A DNA stretch of 32,000 bases from Pirellula staleyi DSM 6068. GTDB taxonomy: Bacteria > Planctomycetota > Planctomycetia > Pirellulales > Pirellulaceae. The stretch's first letter is position 1. Each line of letters begins with the position of its first letter. The DNA lies in NCBI GenBank assembly GCA_000025185.1, contig CP001848.1, positions 2,820,001 to 2,852,000 on the forward strand, written 5' to 3'. Shown in pieces: positions 16,942 through 26,077 of this stretch. Made by a program: the position numbers and the translations under genes. The notes under the pieces are model-generated. The model saw nothing but the letters and a program-made list of their open reading frames with translations, had not been told where the DNA came from and ran no database searches.

Positions 16942-17994
16942 GTGGCTCTGAGGCCACTGTTTTGGAGTGGTATCGCAGCCTGGCAAGATGCCTTGGCACG
17001 TGGCTCGGGAAGGAACCGATTGCGAGTGACGCTAGCACGCACCGACTGGACGACGATCGCTCCGCTTGCTTGTCAGGCCGGATCGTGGTGCGCTCGCTGC
17101 GGGCTGCTTGTGACGCTGATCGCCGTGATCTGTTGTTCGAGTGGTTGCCGAGCGCTACGTTGCCGTCAGCCCGATGAACAAATCTCGGCGGCTCGCGAGC
17201 TTTCGATTCGTGGTACCGACGCCCAGCGACGGGGCCAATGGGATCGGGCCGAGCAGTTTTATGCATCAGCCGTACAGCAGTGTCCGGCCGACGAACGTGC
17301 ACGCTGCGGTCTTGCCGAATCGCTTTGGCAGCGGGGCAACCGCGAGCAAGCGGTGGCTCACATGGAGCAGGCTGTCAGGTTGAGTGGCAGCGACCCGCTC
17401 CGCCGCATTCAATTGGGGCAGATGTATCTTTCGGTAGGGCAGTTGCCTCGCGCGCTCGAGCAAGCCGACCTGGCGATCGAGGCGAATGGTTCACTGGCAG
17501 CCGCCTGGGCTCTGCGAGGCGACGTCTTTAAGCAAGAAGCTCGCTACAACGAGGCCCTCGCGTCGTATCATCGAGCCTTGGCGCATCAGGCCCACTATCC
17601 CGATGTGCAGTTGGCGGTGGCTGATGTCTACCAAAAGCAGGATCGACAGCTGCGGGCTCTTTCCACGGTACAGCAGCTTGCCGATCAATACCCACCGGGA
17701 CAAACACCACCGCTGGTGCTATACCGGGAAGCCTTAGTCCTGAAGGACCTGAAACGCTACACCGATGCGGCCAATTCGCTTCTAGCGGCGAGCCGTCAGG
17801 ACCCCCAGAGTGCCGAGTTGCTGTTTGAGCTTTCGCGTGTGCAAATGCTTGCAGGCGACCCTGCGAGTGCGCGGCTCTCGGTGCAAGCGGCATTGGCCCG
17901 CGATCCAAGTCATACCGCTTCACAAGCGATGTTTGCCGAGCTTGGAACGGCCGCCGATCGCGTTTCGACAGCCAGCTACCGAACCCAGCCGTAA
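16942..17994 (+). CDS. TPR-repeat protein, probably exported or a lipoprotein
   Basis: A hydrophobic segment with Cys (GLLVTLIAVICCSSGC) is followed by ~7 TPR-like repeats (…AEQFYASAVQQCP…AAWALRGDVFKQEARYNEALASYHRALA…). The start is uncertain: GTG 16942 or GTG ~17027. Confidence 0.7.
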   Translation: MALRPLFWSGIAAWQDALARGSGRNRLRVTLARTDWTTIAPLACQAGSWCARCGLLVTLIAVICCSSGCRALRCRQPDEQISAARELSIRGTDAQRRGQWDRAEQFYASAVQQCPADERARCGLAESLWQRGNREQAVAHMEQAVRLSGSDPLRRIQLGQMYLSVGQLPRALEQADLAIEANGSLAAAWALRGDVFKQEARYNEALASYHRALAHQAHYPDVQLAVADVYQKQDRQLRALSTVQQLADQYPPGQTPPLVLYREALVLKDLKRYTDAANSLLAASRQDPQSAELLFELSRVQMLAGDPASARLSVQAALARDPSHTASQAMFAELGTAADRVSTASYRTQP

Positions 17995-18124
17995 TCGAAT
18001 TTGGCGAATCGTAGCGGATTCTCTTGACGGCGCAACACAGCCGGGTGACGATAAGAGTCTACGCATTTTCCGCTGCTTCAGGGGCCTTTGGTGGCGGTCA
18101 GGCGTAGGTTAAGGAAGTCGTCCC

Positions 18125-19870
18125 ATGGAGTCTTTTTGGACGCGCCGAGTCGCACGTTACTTCGCTTCCCTCGCGCTGCTGATAGCAGCAGCCACAAGTT
18201 CGGCGGCTGATCCCGCCAGCGATCTGGAAGCCCATCTGGCAGCGGGCGAGTTTGCCCCGGCACGAGCATTAGCCAGCGCTAGTGATGGCGATGTGCGCGA
18301 TGCTATGCTTGCCAAAATTGCCGCCGCACAGGTGGCGGCTGGTGCCAGGATTGCCGCAGCTGAAACCACCTTCGACATTGCCAGCGATTCGATGCGAAAC
18401 GCGGCTTGGTCGCAGATCGCAAATGCTCGCTTCTCTCCTGGTGCAACGGCCCCCGGAGCTCGAGGTGGTGGAGCTCAGGCCGATTTCGATCCCTTAATCG
18501 AGCTCATTACCTCAACGATCTCCCCCACGAGCTGGGATGAAGTTGGTGGTCCCGGTTCGATCGATGGTTTTGCCGGCGGTGTTTATGTCGACCCGGCTGG
18601 GCTGATGAAACGAGTCGACGAATCCGCATCTCGCTCGCTGGCGATGGTACGTCGCGATGCTGCCACTGGCTCGAAGGCCGAACGAACAGCGGGCGATCCC
18701 CGCCGCGAATCCATTTTGCGTATGGTGTCGATCACACGACTCGAACGCGAAATCGCAATGCGACTTTCGCTCGGACAGCCGCTCGACGAATCGATGCGCA
18801 CCCTCGCCGGAATGCGCCGTGTAAAGTACCTGCTCGTCTACCCTGAAACTGGCGATATCGTTCTCGCCGGACCGGCTGGTGATTGGCGTAGCGATGTCGA
18901 ATCGCGGATGGTCTCCACCACCACCGGCGAGCCGATTGTGATGCTCGACGATTTTGTCGTTCTCCTTCGTCACGCACTTTCTAAAGAAGGTGTGTTTGGT
19001 TGCTCGATTACTCCGCGCCGAGAAGGTCTCGAGTCGATTCAGCAGACGATGACCAAGTGGTCGGCCAATCCTCTGAAGAACGCTCGAGAGCGGGAAAAGT
19101 GGCTCGGCGATCTTCGTAGTTCACTCGGCAAACAAGATGTCACCGTCTACGGAATTGATCCCCGTACCCAGGTGGCGCGTCTGCTCGTGGAAGCCGACTA
19201 TCGAATGAAACTCGTCGGCATGGGGCTCGAACCGGGTGTGCTCGGCGTCGAGAGCTATCTTTCGTCAATCGAACTTGGTCCTGGCGAGGCTCCTCCACCA
19301 ATGAGTGTGCTCCGCTGGTATTTCACCTTGCACCACGATGCAGTGGTGGCAACCGAAGCCCGCGATGCCTTTGCTCTTAAGGGCTCGAGTGTTCAGGTTC
19401 TTTCCGAAAACGAACTACTCACCCTCAAAGGGGAACGTGTTCATACGGGGAAAAGCGAGGAGTTAAACACACGTTTTGCACGGAGTTTCACCAAGCAATT
19501 CGATGCGCTGGCGGCTAAGTATCCGGCCTATGCCCATTTGCGAAACGTGTTTGACCTCACGGTGATGAGCACGGTGATCGACTCGCATAACCTGCCAGAG
19601 CTTGTTGCTTGGCAGCCCACAGTCTTTGCTCCCGGCGGGGCGTATGAACCGGAGATCTCGGTCGCTCCGAAGGAAGTTGATAGCATCATCAACTACCGCG
19701 TGCTGAATGCGAAGCATGTCGTCGCGGGAGTGAGTGGCGGTGTGACGGTCGACCCTCGTAAGCTTGCGACCCCTAAGGCAGTCGAAACCGATACGTACGG
19801 ACTGATCTCAGCAGATCGCAGTCAAAACGAACCACGAGCGCTCTCGCGACATCAGTGGTGGTGGGATTAG
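18125..19870 (+). CDS. Secreted hypothetical protein (581 aa)
   Basis: ATG at 18125 with AAGGAAG at 18111-18117. The signal peptide is RVARYFASLALLIAAATSSAADP. Composition is protein-like throughout. I recognise no catalytic motif. Confidence 0.75.
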   Translation: MESFWTRRVARYFASLALLIAAATSSAADPASDLEAHLAAGEFAPARALASASDGDVRDAMLAKIAAAQVAAGARIAAAETTFDIASDSMRNAAWSQIANARFSPGATAPGARGGGAQADFDPLIELITSTISPTSWDEVGGPGSIDGFAGGVYVDPAGLMKRVDESASRSLAMVRRDAATGSKAERTAGDPRRESILRMVSITRLEREIAMRLSLGQPLDESMRTLAGMRRVKYLLVYPETGDIVLAGPAGDWRSDVESRMVSTTTGEPIVMLDDFVVLLRHALSKEGVFGCSITPRREGLESIQQTMTKWSANPLKNAREREKWLGDLRSSLGKQDVTVYGIDPRTQVARLLVEADYRMKLVGMGLEPGVLGVESYLSSIELGPGEAPPPMSVLRWYFTLHHDAVVATEARDAFALKGSSVQVLSENELLTLKGERVHTGKSEELNTRFARSFTKQFDALAAKYPAYAHLRNVFDLTVMSTVIDSHNLPELVAWQPTVFAPGGAYEPEISVAPKEVDSIINYRVLNAKHVVAGVSGGVTVDPRKLATPKAVETDTYGLISADRSQNEPRALSRHQWWWD

Positions 19871-19894
19871 TTTTTGAGGATCAGTCGGCGCGTT

Positions 19895-20968
19895 CTAACG
19901 CCCCGCATGCAAGTGACGCAGACGTAATTCCACGATCTGCTGATCACGAACGTTCCGCGGGGCTAGTGGATCAAATGAAACCACTTCCCCGAGCAGCAGC
20001 GTCAGCTGCTCCGAGGCATGGCGACGCTCGAGTGTTTGGTCGCTATCGAGGAGCGAAATCCAGGCCGTGGGATCGTCGATCATCCAGCTCGCAACTCGTT
20101 CAGGGGTGTCGTGCGCCTGATCGCGCAGGTCGCTAATGATCGTACGAATGCGGCGCCGCTGTTCGGCATCAAGCTCACCGCTTGGGATTCGCGAGAGGAC
20201 CGATATCACCGCTTGTCCTGCCGAGCGTAGCTTGCGATCGGCCAGTTGACGCGTTGGAAAATCGTTGCTCGCCAAATCCTTCACCCACAACAGCCACTGC
20301 TCGCGTGCCGCAAGCTCGCTGCTCCCCGCCATCGACACCATATGCCGGCGCAGCTTGCGAACTTGTTCCGCAAGTTGCCAGTGAGGACGCATCGCTTCCA
20401 GCAGCGGAATCAATTGTTCCGTCGCCACCTCTTCGTGCGAGAGTAGCAGGTGCCAGAAGCTTGGAGCGGTGTAAACTTGTTTTTCACCACTCTCACGAAC
20501 CACCAACTCGACCTTGCCAGAGGTCTCTTGGCGATACAGCAGCAGCGGTTCGTCGGCGCCAGCTTCGCGACGCTCGATAACAAGCCGTTTCTCGCGGTCG
20601 GAATCGACCGAAACGATATCCCCGTCGGCGTGCGATTCGAAGTGCACCACGACTAAATTGGGGTGGAGCTGAATCGCCAGATTCTGACGCACGGCATCGT
20701 GCTCAGTTCCGACGGCAGCGGTTCGGCTGTTTCCGCAGCGTCCGTTGATCAGTGTCAGCTGACCGCCGATCACTTCCATACGAAGCCAGTGATCATGCAA
20801 GAGCAGGGCATAGCGGCTGTCGCTCGCCAGCACCGGCATCGATGCAGCGGGCGATTGTGCCTCAGCCTGTCTTAAGACCCCGAGCCCACCGCCGAGTATG
20901 TCGGCAGCCCCCAGGATTTCGGCGGCAATAGCGAGACCAGAAAACGCGACAACAATCCTGCTCCACAT
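19895..20968 (-). CDS. Secreted/anchored hypothetical protein (357 aa)
   Basis: ATG at 20968 is preceded by GGGGG. The N-terminus is hydrophobic (IVVAFSGLAIAAEILGAA) and the C-terminal half is helical. No motif recognised. Confidence 0.7.
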   Translation of the reverse strand: MWSRIVVAFSGLAIAAEILGAADILGGGLGVLRQAEAQSPAASMPVLASDSRYALLLHDHWLRMEVIGGQLTLINGRCGNSRTAAVGTEHDAVRQNLAIQLHPNLVVVHFESHADGDIVSVDSDREKRLVIERREAGADEPLLLYRQETSGKVELVVRESGEKQVYTAPSFWHLLLSHEEVATEQLIPLLEAMRPHWQLAEQVRKLRRHMVSMAGSSELAAREQWLLWVKDLASNDFPTRQLADRKLRSAGQAVISVLSRIPSGELDAEQRRRIRTIISDLRDQAHDTPERVASWMIDDPTAWISLLDSDQTLERRHASEQLTLLLGEVVSFDPLAPRNVRDQQIVELRLRHLHAGR

Positions 20969-21290
20969 GGTAAACCCCCATGTTTCGTTGATACGAATTT
21001 GGAGAGGACTCGAGCTCCGAGCTTAGTTGGGCTTGGAGGCAAATCAAGTTGTGGATCGTGGTGCGTGCCGCCCAGTTCAGTGGGGAGCAACGGTTCCCTC
21101 GCCGTTCGCAGGGTGACCGGTTGTCGCTTTGTATCGGCCAGTCAGCAGTTCATCCAATAGCAAGATTCGATTTTTCTCGAGAAGCCAGTATTGTTTTTTC
21201 GAGGGCCGCATATCGTCAAGCGTAATTCGACAATTCTCACCCCAGGTCGAACGTTTTGCGTAAACAGAGTAGCCGGAAAGTCGGGCGCAT

Positions 21291-21326
21291 CTTCATTGTC
21301 GTGCGGCTGATCGCACGGCAATGAAG
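21291..21326 (-). terminator. Stem-loop immediately 3' of the DUF1501 gene
   Basis: CTTCATTGTCGTGCG (21291-21305) pairs with CGCACGGCAATGAAG (21312-21326) as a 15-bp stem with one mismatch and a 6-nt loop. It starts 9 nt after the stop codon at 21335-21337. No clear U-tract follows. Confidence 0.4.
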
Positions 21327-21334
21327 GAAAGCCG

Positions 21335-22879
21335 CTAGGCAATCACATCTCGAATGACATGGCCGTGCACATCGGTCAAACGCCGATCGATACCATTATG
21401 CCGCAGCGTGAGACGCGTGTGATCGATACCCAGCAAGTGCAGGATGGTGGCATGCACATCGTAGACCTGTGTGGGATGTTCGCGGTCGAGTGGTCGAAAG
21501 CCCCATTGATCGCTGGGGCCATAAGAAACGCCCCCCTTCACACCACCTCCGGCCAGCCAGTTGGTGAATACGTAAGGATTGTGATCGCGTCCCACGGTAC
21601 CTTGGCTCGACGGCATGCGACCAAATTCGGTGGTCCAGAGCACGATCGTGTCCTCGAGCATGCCACGCTGTTTCAGGTCTTGGATGAGACCAGCAGCGCC
21701 GCGCGACATCCCCAGCGACAGTGGCGCGTGATCGCGCTTCAGATCCTCGTGCGAATCCCAATTGCGACGCGGAAAACCGTTGTCGCACCCCGACCAGATT
21801 TGGACAAACCTGACACCGCGCTCGAGTAGTCGCCGCGCAACAAGGCACTTGCGCCCAAAGTATTCCGTTTCCTCTACCTCGTTGATTTCGTCGGGAAAGC
21901 TCGTTTTTCCGTGGTCGAGTCCATAGAGCTTCAGGATATGCGCGGGTTCATCGGCAATGTTGAGCGCCTCGGGTGCGCTCAACTGCATCTGTGCCGCAAG
22001 TTCGTAGGACTTGATACGCGCTTCCAGCCGCGAATCACCAGGACGTTCGTTTTGATGCTCGGTGTTGAGCTTGGCCATTAGCGCCCGCATCGCTGCTTCT
22101 TCATCACGCGATTGGTTGGCATAAGCGGGAGGAAACAAATCGTTGATAGGCGATGCTGTACCGGGGCGGATAACAGTTCCTTGATGTTGTGCTGGCAAGA
22201 AACCTGACGCCCAGTTTTTGGGACCACTCGGACCAAACCCACGATGATCGGGGAGCACCACGAAGGTAGGAAGATTGTCGTTCAGGCTCCCTAGTCCATA
22301 GCTGATCCAAGCACCCATGCCCGGAAATCCTGGCGTAACAAAACCGGTAGCTTGCAGCAGAGTGGCCTGGCTATGCACGCCGGTCTTTCCGACCATGTTG
22401 TGGATGAAGGCCATGTCGTCGACACATGCGCCCATCGGCTCGGTGATTTCGCTCAGCATCTTGCCGCAGTCGCCATGAGCTTTCCACGACCATGGGCTTT
22501 TGAGCCAGGGACCGAGCCCGTTCTGGAAGGCCTCGACTTTCTCACCGAAATCAGAGGGCTCGCCGTGATGCTTTTCGAGTTCGGGTTTGTAGTCCCACAG
22601 GTCGATGTGGCTCGCTGCGCCCGACATGAACAGCTGCACAACCCGCTTGGCTTTCGGCGGGTGATGAAGCACTCCACCTAGTATGCCAGGAGTCGTCGGA
22701 AAGGGCTGTTTTGCTTGGGATGATGCGCTGTCTTGAGCGAGCAGGCCATCGCCAGCCATCAGCATTGCAGCTGCGATGCCGCCGAGTCCACCTCCCGATT
22801 GCCACAGCATCTCGCGCCTGGTGAGCGATTGGCTAGGGCGAGTGTTTTGCTGATGAAAGGGACTGCTATTCATGGCCAT
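21335..22879 (-). CDS. DUF1501 domain protein (sulfatase/alkaline-phosphatase-like fold) with a twin-arginine signal
   Basis: I chose the ATG at 22879; the track ORF starts at 22948, which would overlap the upstream gene. The Tat motif is SLTRREMLWQSGGGLGGIAAAMLMAG. DUF1501-typical segments are VVQLFMSGAASHIDLWDYKP, WTTEFGRMP and GRDHNPYVFTNWLAGGGVKGG. Confidence 0.9.
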   Translation of the reverse strand: MAMNSSPFHQQNTRPSQSLTRREMLWQSGGGLGGIAAAMLMAGDGLLAQDSASSQAKQPFPTTPGILGGVLHHPPKAKRVVQLFMSGAASHIDLWDYKPELEKHHGEPSDFGEKVEAFQNGLGPWLKSPWSWKAHGDCGKMLSEITEPMGACVDDMAFIHNMVGKTGVHSQATLLQATGFVTPGFPGMGAWISYGLGSLNDNLPTFVVLPDHRGFGPSGPKNWASGFLPAQHQGTVIRPGTASPINDLFPPAYANQSRDEEAAMRALMAKLNTEHQNERPGDSRLEARIKSYELAAQMQLSAPEALNIADEPAHILKLYGLDHGKTSFPDEINEVEETEYFGRKCLVARRLLERGVRFVQIWSGCDNGFPRRNWDSHEDLKRDHAPLSLGMSRGAAGLIQDLKQRGMLEDTIVLWTTEFGRMPSSQGTVGRDHNPYVFTNWLAGGGVKGGVSYGPSDQWGFRPLDREHPTQVYDVHATILHLLGIDHTRLTLRHNGIDRRLTDVHGHVIRDVIA

Positions 22880-22931
22880 ATCTCGTTGATTCAGAACGTT
22901 ATCCCAGAGCGTCGATTGCCGTCGCAATCCA

Positions 22932-25900
22932 CTAATCCACAAACACAAACTCGCTTAAATTCAGCATCATGCGACAGCTACTGGCGAGACCATGCTGTTT
23001 CACATGTGCCGTGACAGCGGCGAGTTCTCCCGCACTGGGCTCCCGCGCGAGAGCCAGTTGATAGAGCCGTCGGGTTTGTGCTTCTGGCTGAGCATGCTCC
23101 TTAGCGATCCGCTCTGCCAAGTGCTCGCTCATGCGAACCATGAACTTGTTGTTGAGCATCGTGAGGGCCGAAAGTGCATTGATCGTTTCATTTCGTTTGT
23201 CGACGAGGAGTGAAGGATCGGCGCAATCGAGCGATTCCATGAAGGGATCGGGGGCACTTCGCACAATGAAGCGATAGATCGAGCGTCGATGCGTTTTTAA
23301 ATCGTCGGGATCTTGCTTTTGGTACTCGTAGTGAGGGGAGTGTTGCGGCTTTTCGAGTACGAAATCCCAGTAGCCAGGGCCACCCATTTGCGTTTGCATT
23401 TTTCCCGCGAGCACCAACGTGGCATCGCGAACGCATTCGGCGTCGATCCGTTTGCGGTTCATGCGCCACAGCAGCGTATTATCAGCATCTTTCTCGTTGC
23501 CAGCGGCATGCGTTGCCGAAGATTGGCGGTAGGCTGTACTCAGCAGAATCTGTTTGTGAAGTGACTTGATGCTGCCGCCACCGTCGCGGAATTCAATCGC
23601 CAAGTACTCGAGCAATTCGGGGTGGGTTGGTAGTTGTCCCATCCGACCAAAATCGTTGGGCGAATCGACGATTGCCCGGCCGAAATGGTATTGCCAAACC
23701 CGATTGACAATCGATCGCCAGGTGAGTGGGTTGTCGTTGTGACCAATCCACTTGGCCAGTGCCACGCGTCGAGCCGATTCGTGAGCATCGGCAGGAATGT
23801 CGAACCGTGAAGGGAGCGAGGGGACTACCGGAACTGTGCCGGGACCAACGGGTCGCAGTGGCTTGGTGACTTCGCCACGATCGAGCACAAAAATATCGCG
23901 AGGTTTTCCACCACGGCCACCAGTTCCCGAAAACGTCCCACCACCGGTGTGAATCGTTCCGCTGTACACCGTTTGCTGCGGGGGGAGTGCGGCCAAATCC
24001 GCCTGCTGTTTAGCGAGATCCGCTTTCAGCGAGGCAAGTTGCGTGCGCCACTCCGGCGTGGTCGCTGCCTCGACAATCTTCTCGCGCGATGCTGCAAGCT
24101 GCTTCAGTTCCCCACTCGCTTCCGCACCTTCGCCCATGTAGATGCCATCGACCAAATTACTAGCGCGCCAGCGAGGTGGTGCTTCGATCGTGTCGTAACC
24201 TTGAACCGACTTGCCAGCAGCAAGATTCACTCCCGACGCACCGTAAACTTGCACTTCAGCGAGCGCGAAATTGAAATCGTTTTGACGTGGCGCAAGTTTC
24301 GTTGCCGTGATGCGTACGAATCGCCCCTGCTTCCGATCGATGTCGAATTGCTGCGGAGCAATTCCGGGGTTGCGATTGTCGCTCTCGGTTCGATCGACAA
24401 TCGTGGTCACACCTGCCTGGAACTTGGCGTCATCCGAAATCTCGACCCGATAACGGATCGGAAAACCAAAACCTGCGCCGATGTTGTTGAAGTCGTCGTG
24501 ACAGCCAATGATCACCAAACGCTCGATCGTTTCGCTCTTGGCGAGATCGATTTGGACCCACTTGGCCTCCGATTGATTGTTGGTGAGTCCGCTGTGATAG
24601 CCAAACTCGCTGCGTGGCGACTCACCACGCAGCATTGCCGTCAGCGCTTTCATGCGCTCGTCGATTTTTGCGATCTCTTCTGACGCGTCCGACGCAAGGC
24701 TGCTCTGGTGGTCGGTGATTCGCTTCTCGATGGCCACAACAGACTGGGTGAGTTCCATCCGCTTCTTAGCGACCGTCGCATCGGCATCGTACTTTCTGTC
24801 GGCCCGATCGAGAGCCGAAAAGACTGCCTGGAGGCTGTAGTAGTCATCCATGCTGACCGGATCGAATTTGTGATTGTGGCAGCGTGCACATTGTGTGGTG
24901 AGGCTACAAAACACATTCATGGTGGTGGTCACCATGTCATCGCGATCGAGGTTGCGGGCCATCATGCCATCGATTTTGGTCTCGGGAACTTCGGCGTGAC
25001 CGACGAAATCCCACGGACCTGCCGAAATGAATCCGAGTGCTTCGATTCCATCGGCTGTCCCGGGATAGAGCACATCCCCGGCTAGCTGTTCTTCCAGAAA
25101 CTGGCGATACGGTTTGTCGCTGTTGAGCGAGCGGATCACGTAGTCGCGATAGGGCCAAGCGTTCGGCCGCAATTGATCCTTGTCGTAGCCGTGGGTATCG
25201 GCGTAGTGCACGATGTCGAGCCAATGGCGTGCCCAGCGTTCGCCATAGGCGGGGCGGCTGAGTAGATCGTCGACCAGTTTCTCATACGCCTGCGGATCCT
25301 CGGACTTCAGGAAAGCTTCGACTTCTTCGGGCGATGGTGGGAGCCCGACAAGATCGAAAAACAGGCGACGGAGCAGCGTACGACGATCGGCTTCGGGGTT
25401 GTAGGTAAGTCCCTGCTCTTGGAGCTTTGCCAAAAGGAAAGCGTCGATTGGATTGCGAACCAGTTTTGTCTGAGCGGGAGCAAGATCGGGAATCGCAGGA
25501 CGCTTCATCGGCTCAAGCGACCACCAAGCAAGGTCGGCAAGGCTCTTATCAACGAGCGTTTTTCCCTCGGGCCACTTGGCACCCTCGGCGATCCATGTTT
25601 CGATCGTCGCTACCTCCTTAGCGGTGAGCGGAAGCCCTGATTTAGGCATCTCGGGTTTTGCGTTGGCAGCAGCCCGAATCGAATCAAGCAGGTAGCTTTC
25701 AGCAGGCTTACCAGGTTCGATCACTGCGCCGCTATCGCCACCAGCCAGAGCACTGGCATAGCTCGTGAGGTCGAGCGAACCTTTCTTGGTCGACGCATCG
25801 TGACACGAAATGCAGCGGCGCTCGAAGATAGGGGCCACGTCGCGAGTAAAGTCGACCGGTTCGGCGGCCATCAGCGAAGGTGTAAGGAGGCCGACAGCTA

Positions 25901-25934
25901 CGATTGCCGCAAAGTTCCAAGGAGAGGTGGCCAT
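22932..25934 (-). CDS. PSCyt1 + PSCyt2 (DUF1549) + discoidin (F5/8 type C)-like + PSD1 (DUF1553) domain protein
   Basis: 1000 aa with ATG at 25934 and GGAG at 25946-25949. After a signal peptide comes the heme motif CISCH within DVAPIFERRCISCHD...LDL...GG. The DUF1549 segment is NPIDAFLLAKLQEQGL...LLRRLFFDLVGLPPSPEEVEAFL and ARCHNHKFDP. The discoidin-like segment is WVQIDLAKSETIERLVIIG...RFVRITATK...ALAEVQVYG (nt ~24240-24608). The DUF1553 segment is RRVALAKWI...NPLTWRSIVNRVWQYHFGRAIV...DFG. Confidence 0.9.
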   Translation of the reverse strand: MATSPWNFAAIVAVGLLTPSLMAAEPVDFTRDVAPIFERRCISCHDASTKKGSLDLTSYASALAGGDSGAVIEPGKPAESYLLDSIRAAANAKPEMPKSGLPLTAKEVATIETWIAEGAKWPEGKTLVDKSLADLAWWSLEPMKRPAIPDLAPAQTKLVRNPIDAFLLAKLQEQGLTYNPEADRRTLLRRLFFDLVGLPPSPEEVEAFLKSEDPQAYEKLVDDLLSRPAYGERWARHWLDIVHYADTHGYDKDQLRPNAWPYRDYVIRSLNSDKPYRQFLEEQLAGDVLYPGTADGIEALGFISAGPWDFVGHAEVPETKIDGMMARNLDRDDMVTTTMNVFCSLTTQCARCHNHKFDPVSMDDYYSLQAVFSALDRADRKYDADATVAKKRMELTQSVVAIEKRITDHQSSLASDASEEIAKIDERMKALTAMLRGESPRSEFGYHSGLTNNQSEAKWVQIDLAKSETIERLVIIGCHDDFNNIGAGFGFPIRYRVEISDDAKFQAGVTTIVDRTESDNRNPGIAPQQFDIDRKQGRFVRITATKLAPRQNDFNFALAEVQVYGASGVNLAAGKSVQGYDTIEAPPRWRASNLVDGIYMGEGAEASGELKQLAASREKIVEAATTPEWRTQLASLKADLAKQQADLAALPPQQTVYSGTIHTGGGTFSGTGGRGGKPRDIFVLDRGEVTKPLRPVGPGTVPVVPSLPSRFDIPADAHESARRVALAKWIGHNDNPLTWRSIVNRVWQYHFGRAIVDSPNDFGRMGQLPTHPELLEYLAIEFRDGGGSIKSLHKQILLSTAYRQSSATHAAGNEKDADNTLLWRMNRKRIDAECVRDATLVLAGKMQTQMGGPGYWDFVLEKPQHSPHYEYQKQDPDDLKTHRRSIYRFIVRSAPDPFMESLDCADPSLLVDKRNETINALSALTMLNNKFMVRMSEHLAERIAKEHAQPEAQTRRLYQLALAREPSAGELAAVTAHVKQHGLASSCRMMLNLSEFVFVD

Positions 25935-25956
25935 GCGTTATGTATCTCCGCTAAAG

Positions 25957-25990
25957 CCTGTCATACAAGCCGTGTACTTGTCATACAAGT
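25957..25990. promoter_or_regulatory. Two tandem GntR-type operator candidates (O1, O2)
   Basis: The 11-mer TGTCATACAAG occurs at 25959-25969 and again at 25979-25989, exactly 20 bp apart. O2 is a perfect 15-bp palindrome, ACTTGT-CAT-ACAAGT (25976-25990). Both lie 25-55 nt upstream of the DUF1553 gene ATG. Confidence 0.55.
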
Positions 25991-26077
25991 CACGATCCTA
26001 GTGAAAGCTAGGGGCCCGGTCAATAAAGTTAAGTCTGAAAACTTTTCGAGCCTTGCTATTTAATCGCGAAAAAGCAT

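Noticed and set aside
16835-17302. 155-aa minus-strand ORF
   Set aside because: It is antisense to the 5' part of the TPR gene and Arg/Ser-rich. The TPR frame has clear repeat structure.
21171-21204. TTTTTCTCGAG / TTTTTTCGAG direct repeat, including the palindrome TTCTCGAGAA (21174-21183)
   Set aside because: It is short and AT-rich in a 366-nt spacer. It could be promoter-related for the gene starting at 20968, but nothing supports it beyond a single occurrence.
21142-21342. 66-aa minus-strand ORF downstream of the DUF1501 gene
   Set aside because: It overlaps the DUF1501 stop and the terminator-like hairpin. It has odd composition and no ribosome-binding site.
23949-24683. 244-aa plus-strand ORF
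   Set aside because: It is antisense to the DUF1553 gene, whose domain motifs run continuously through this interval.
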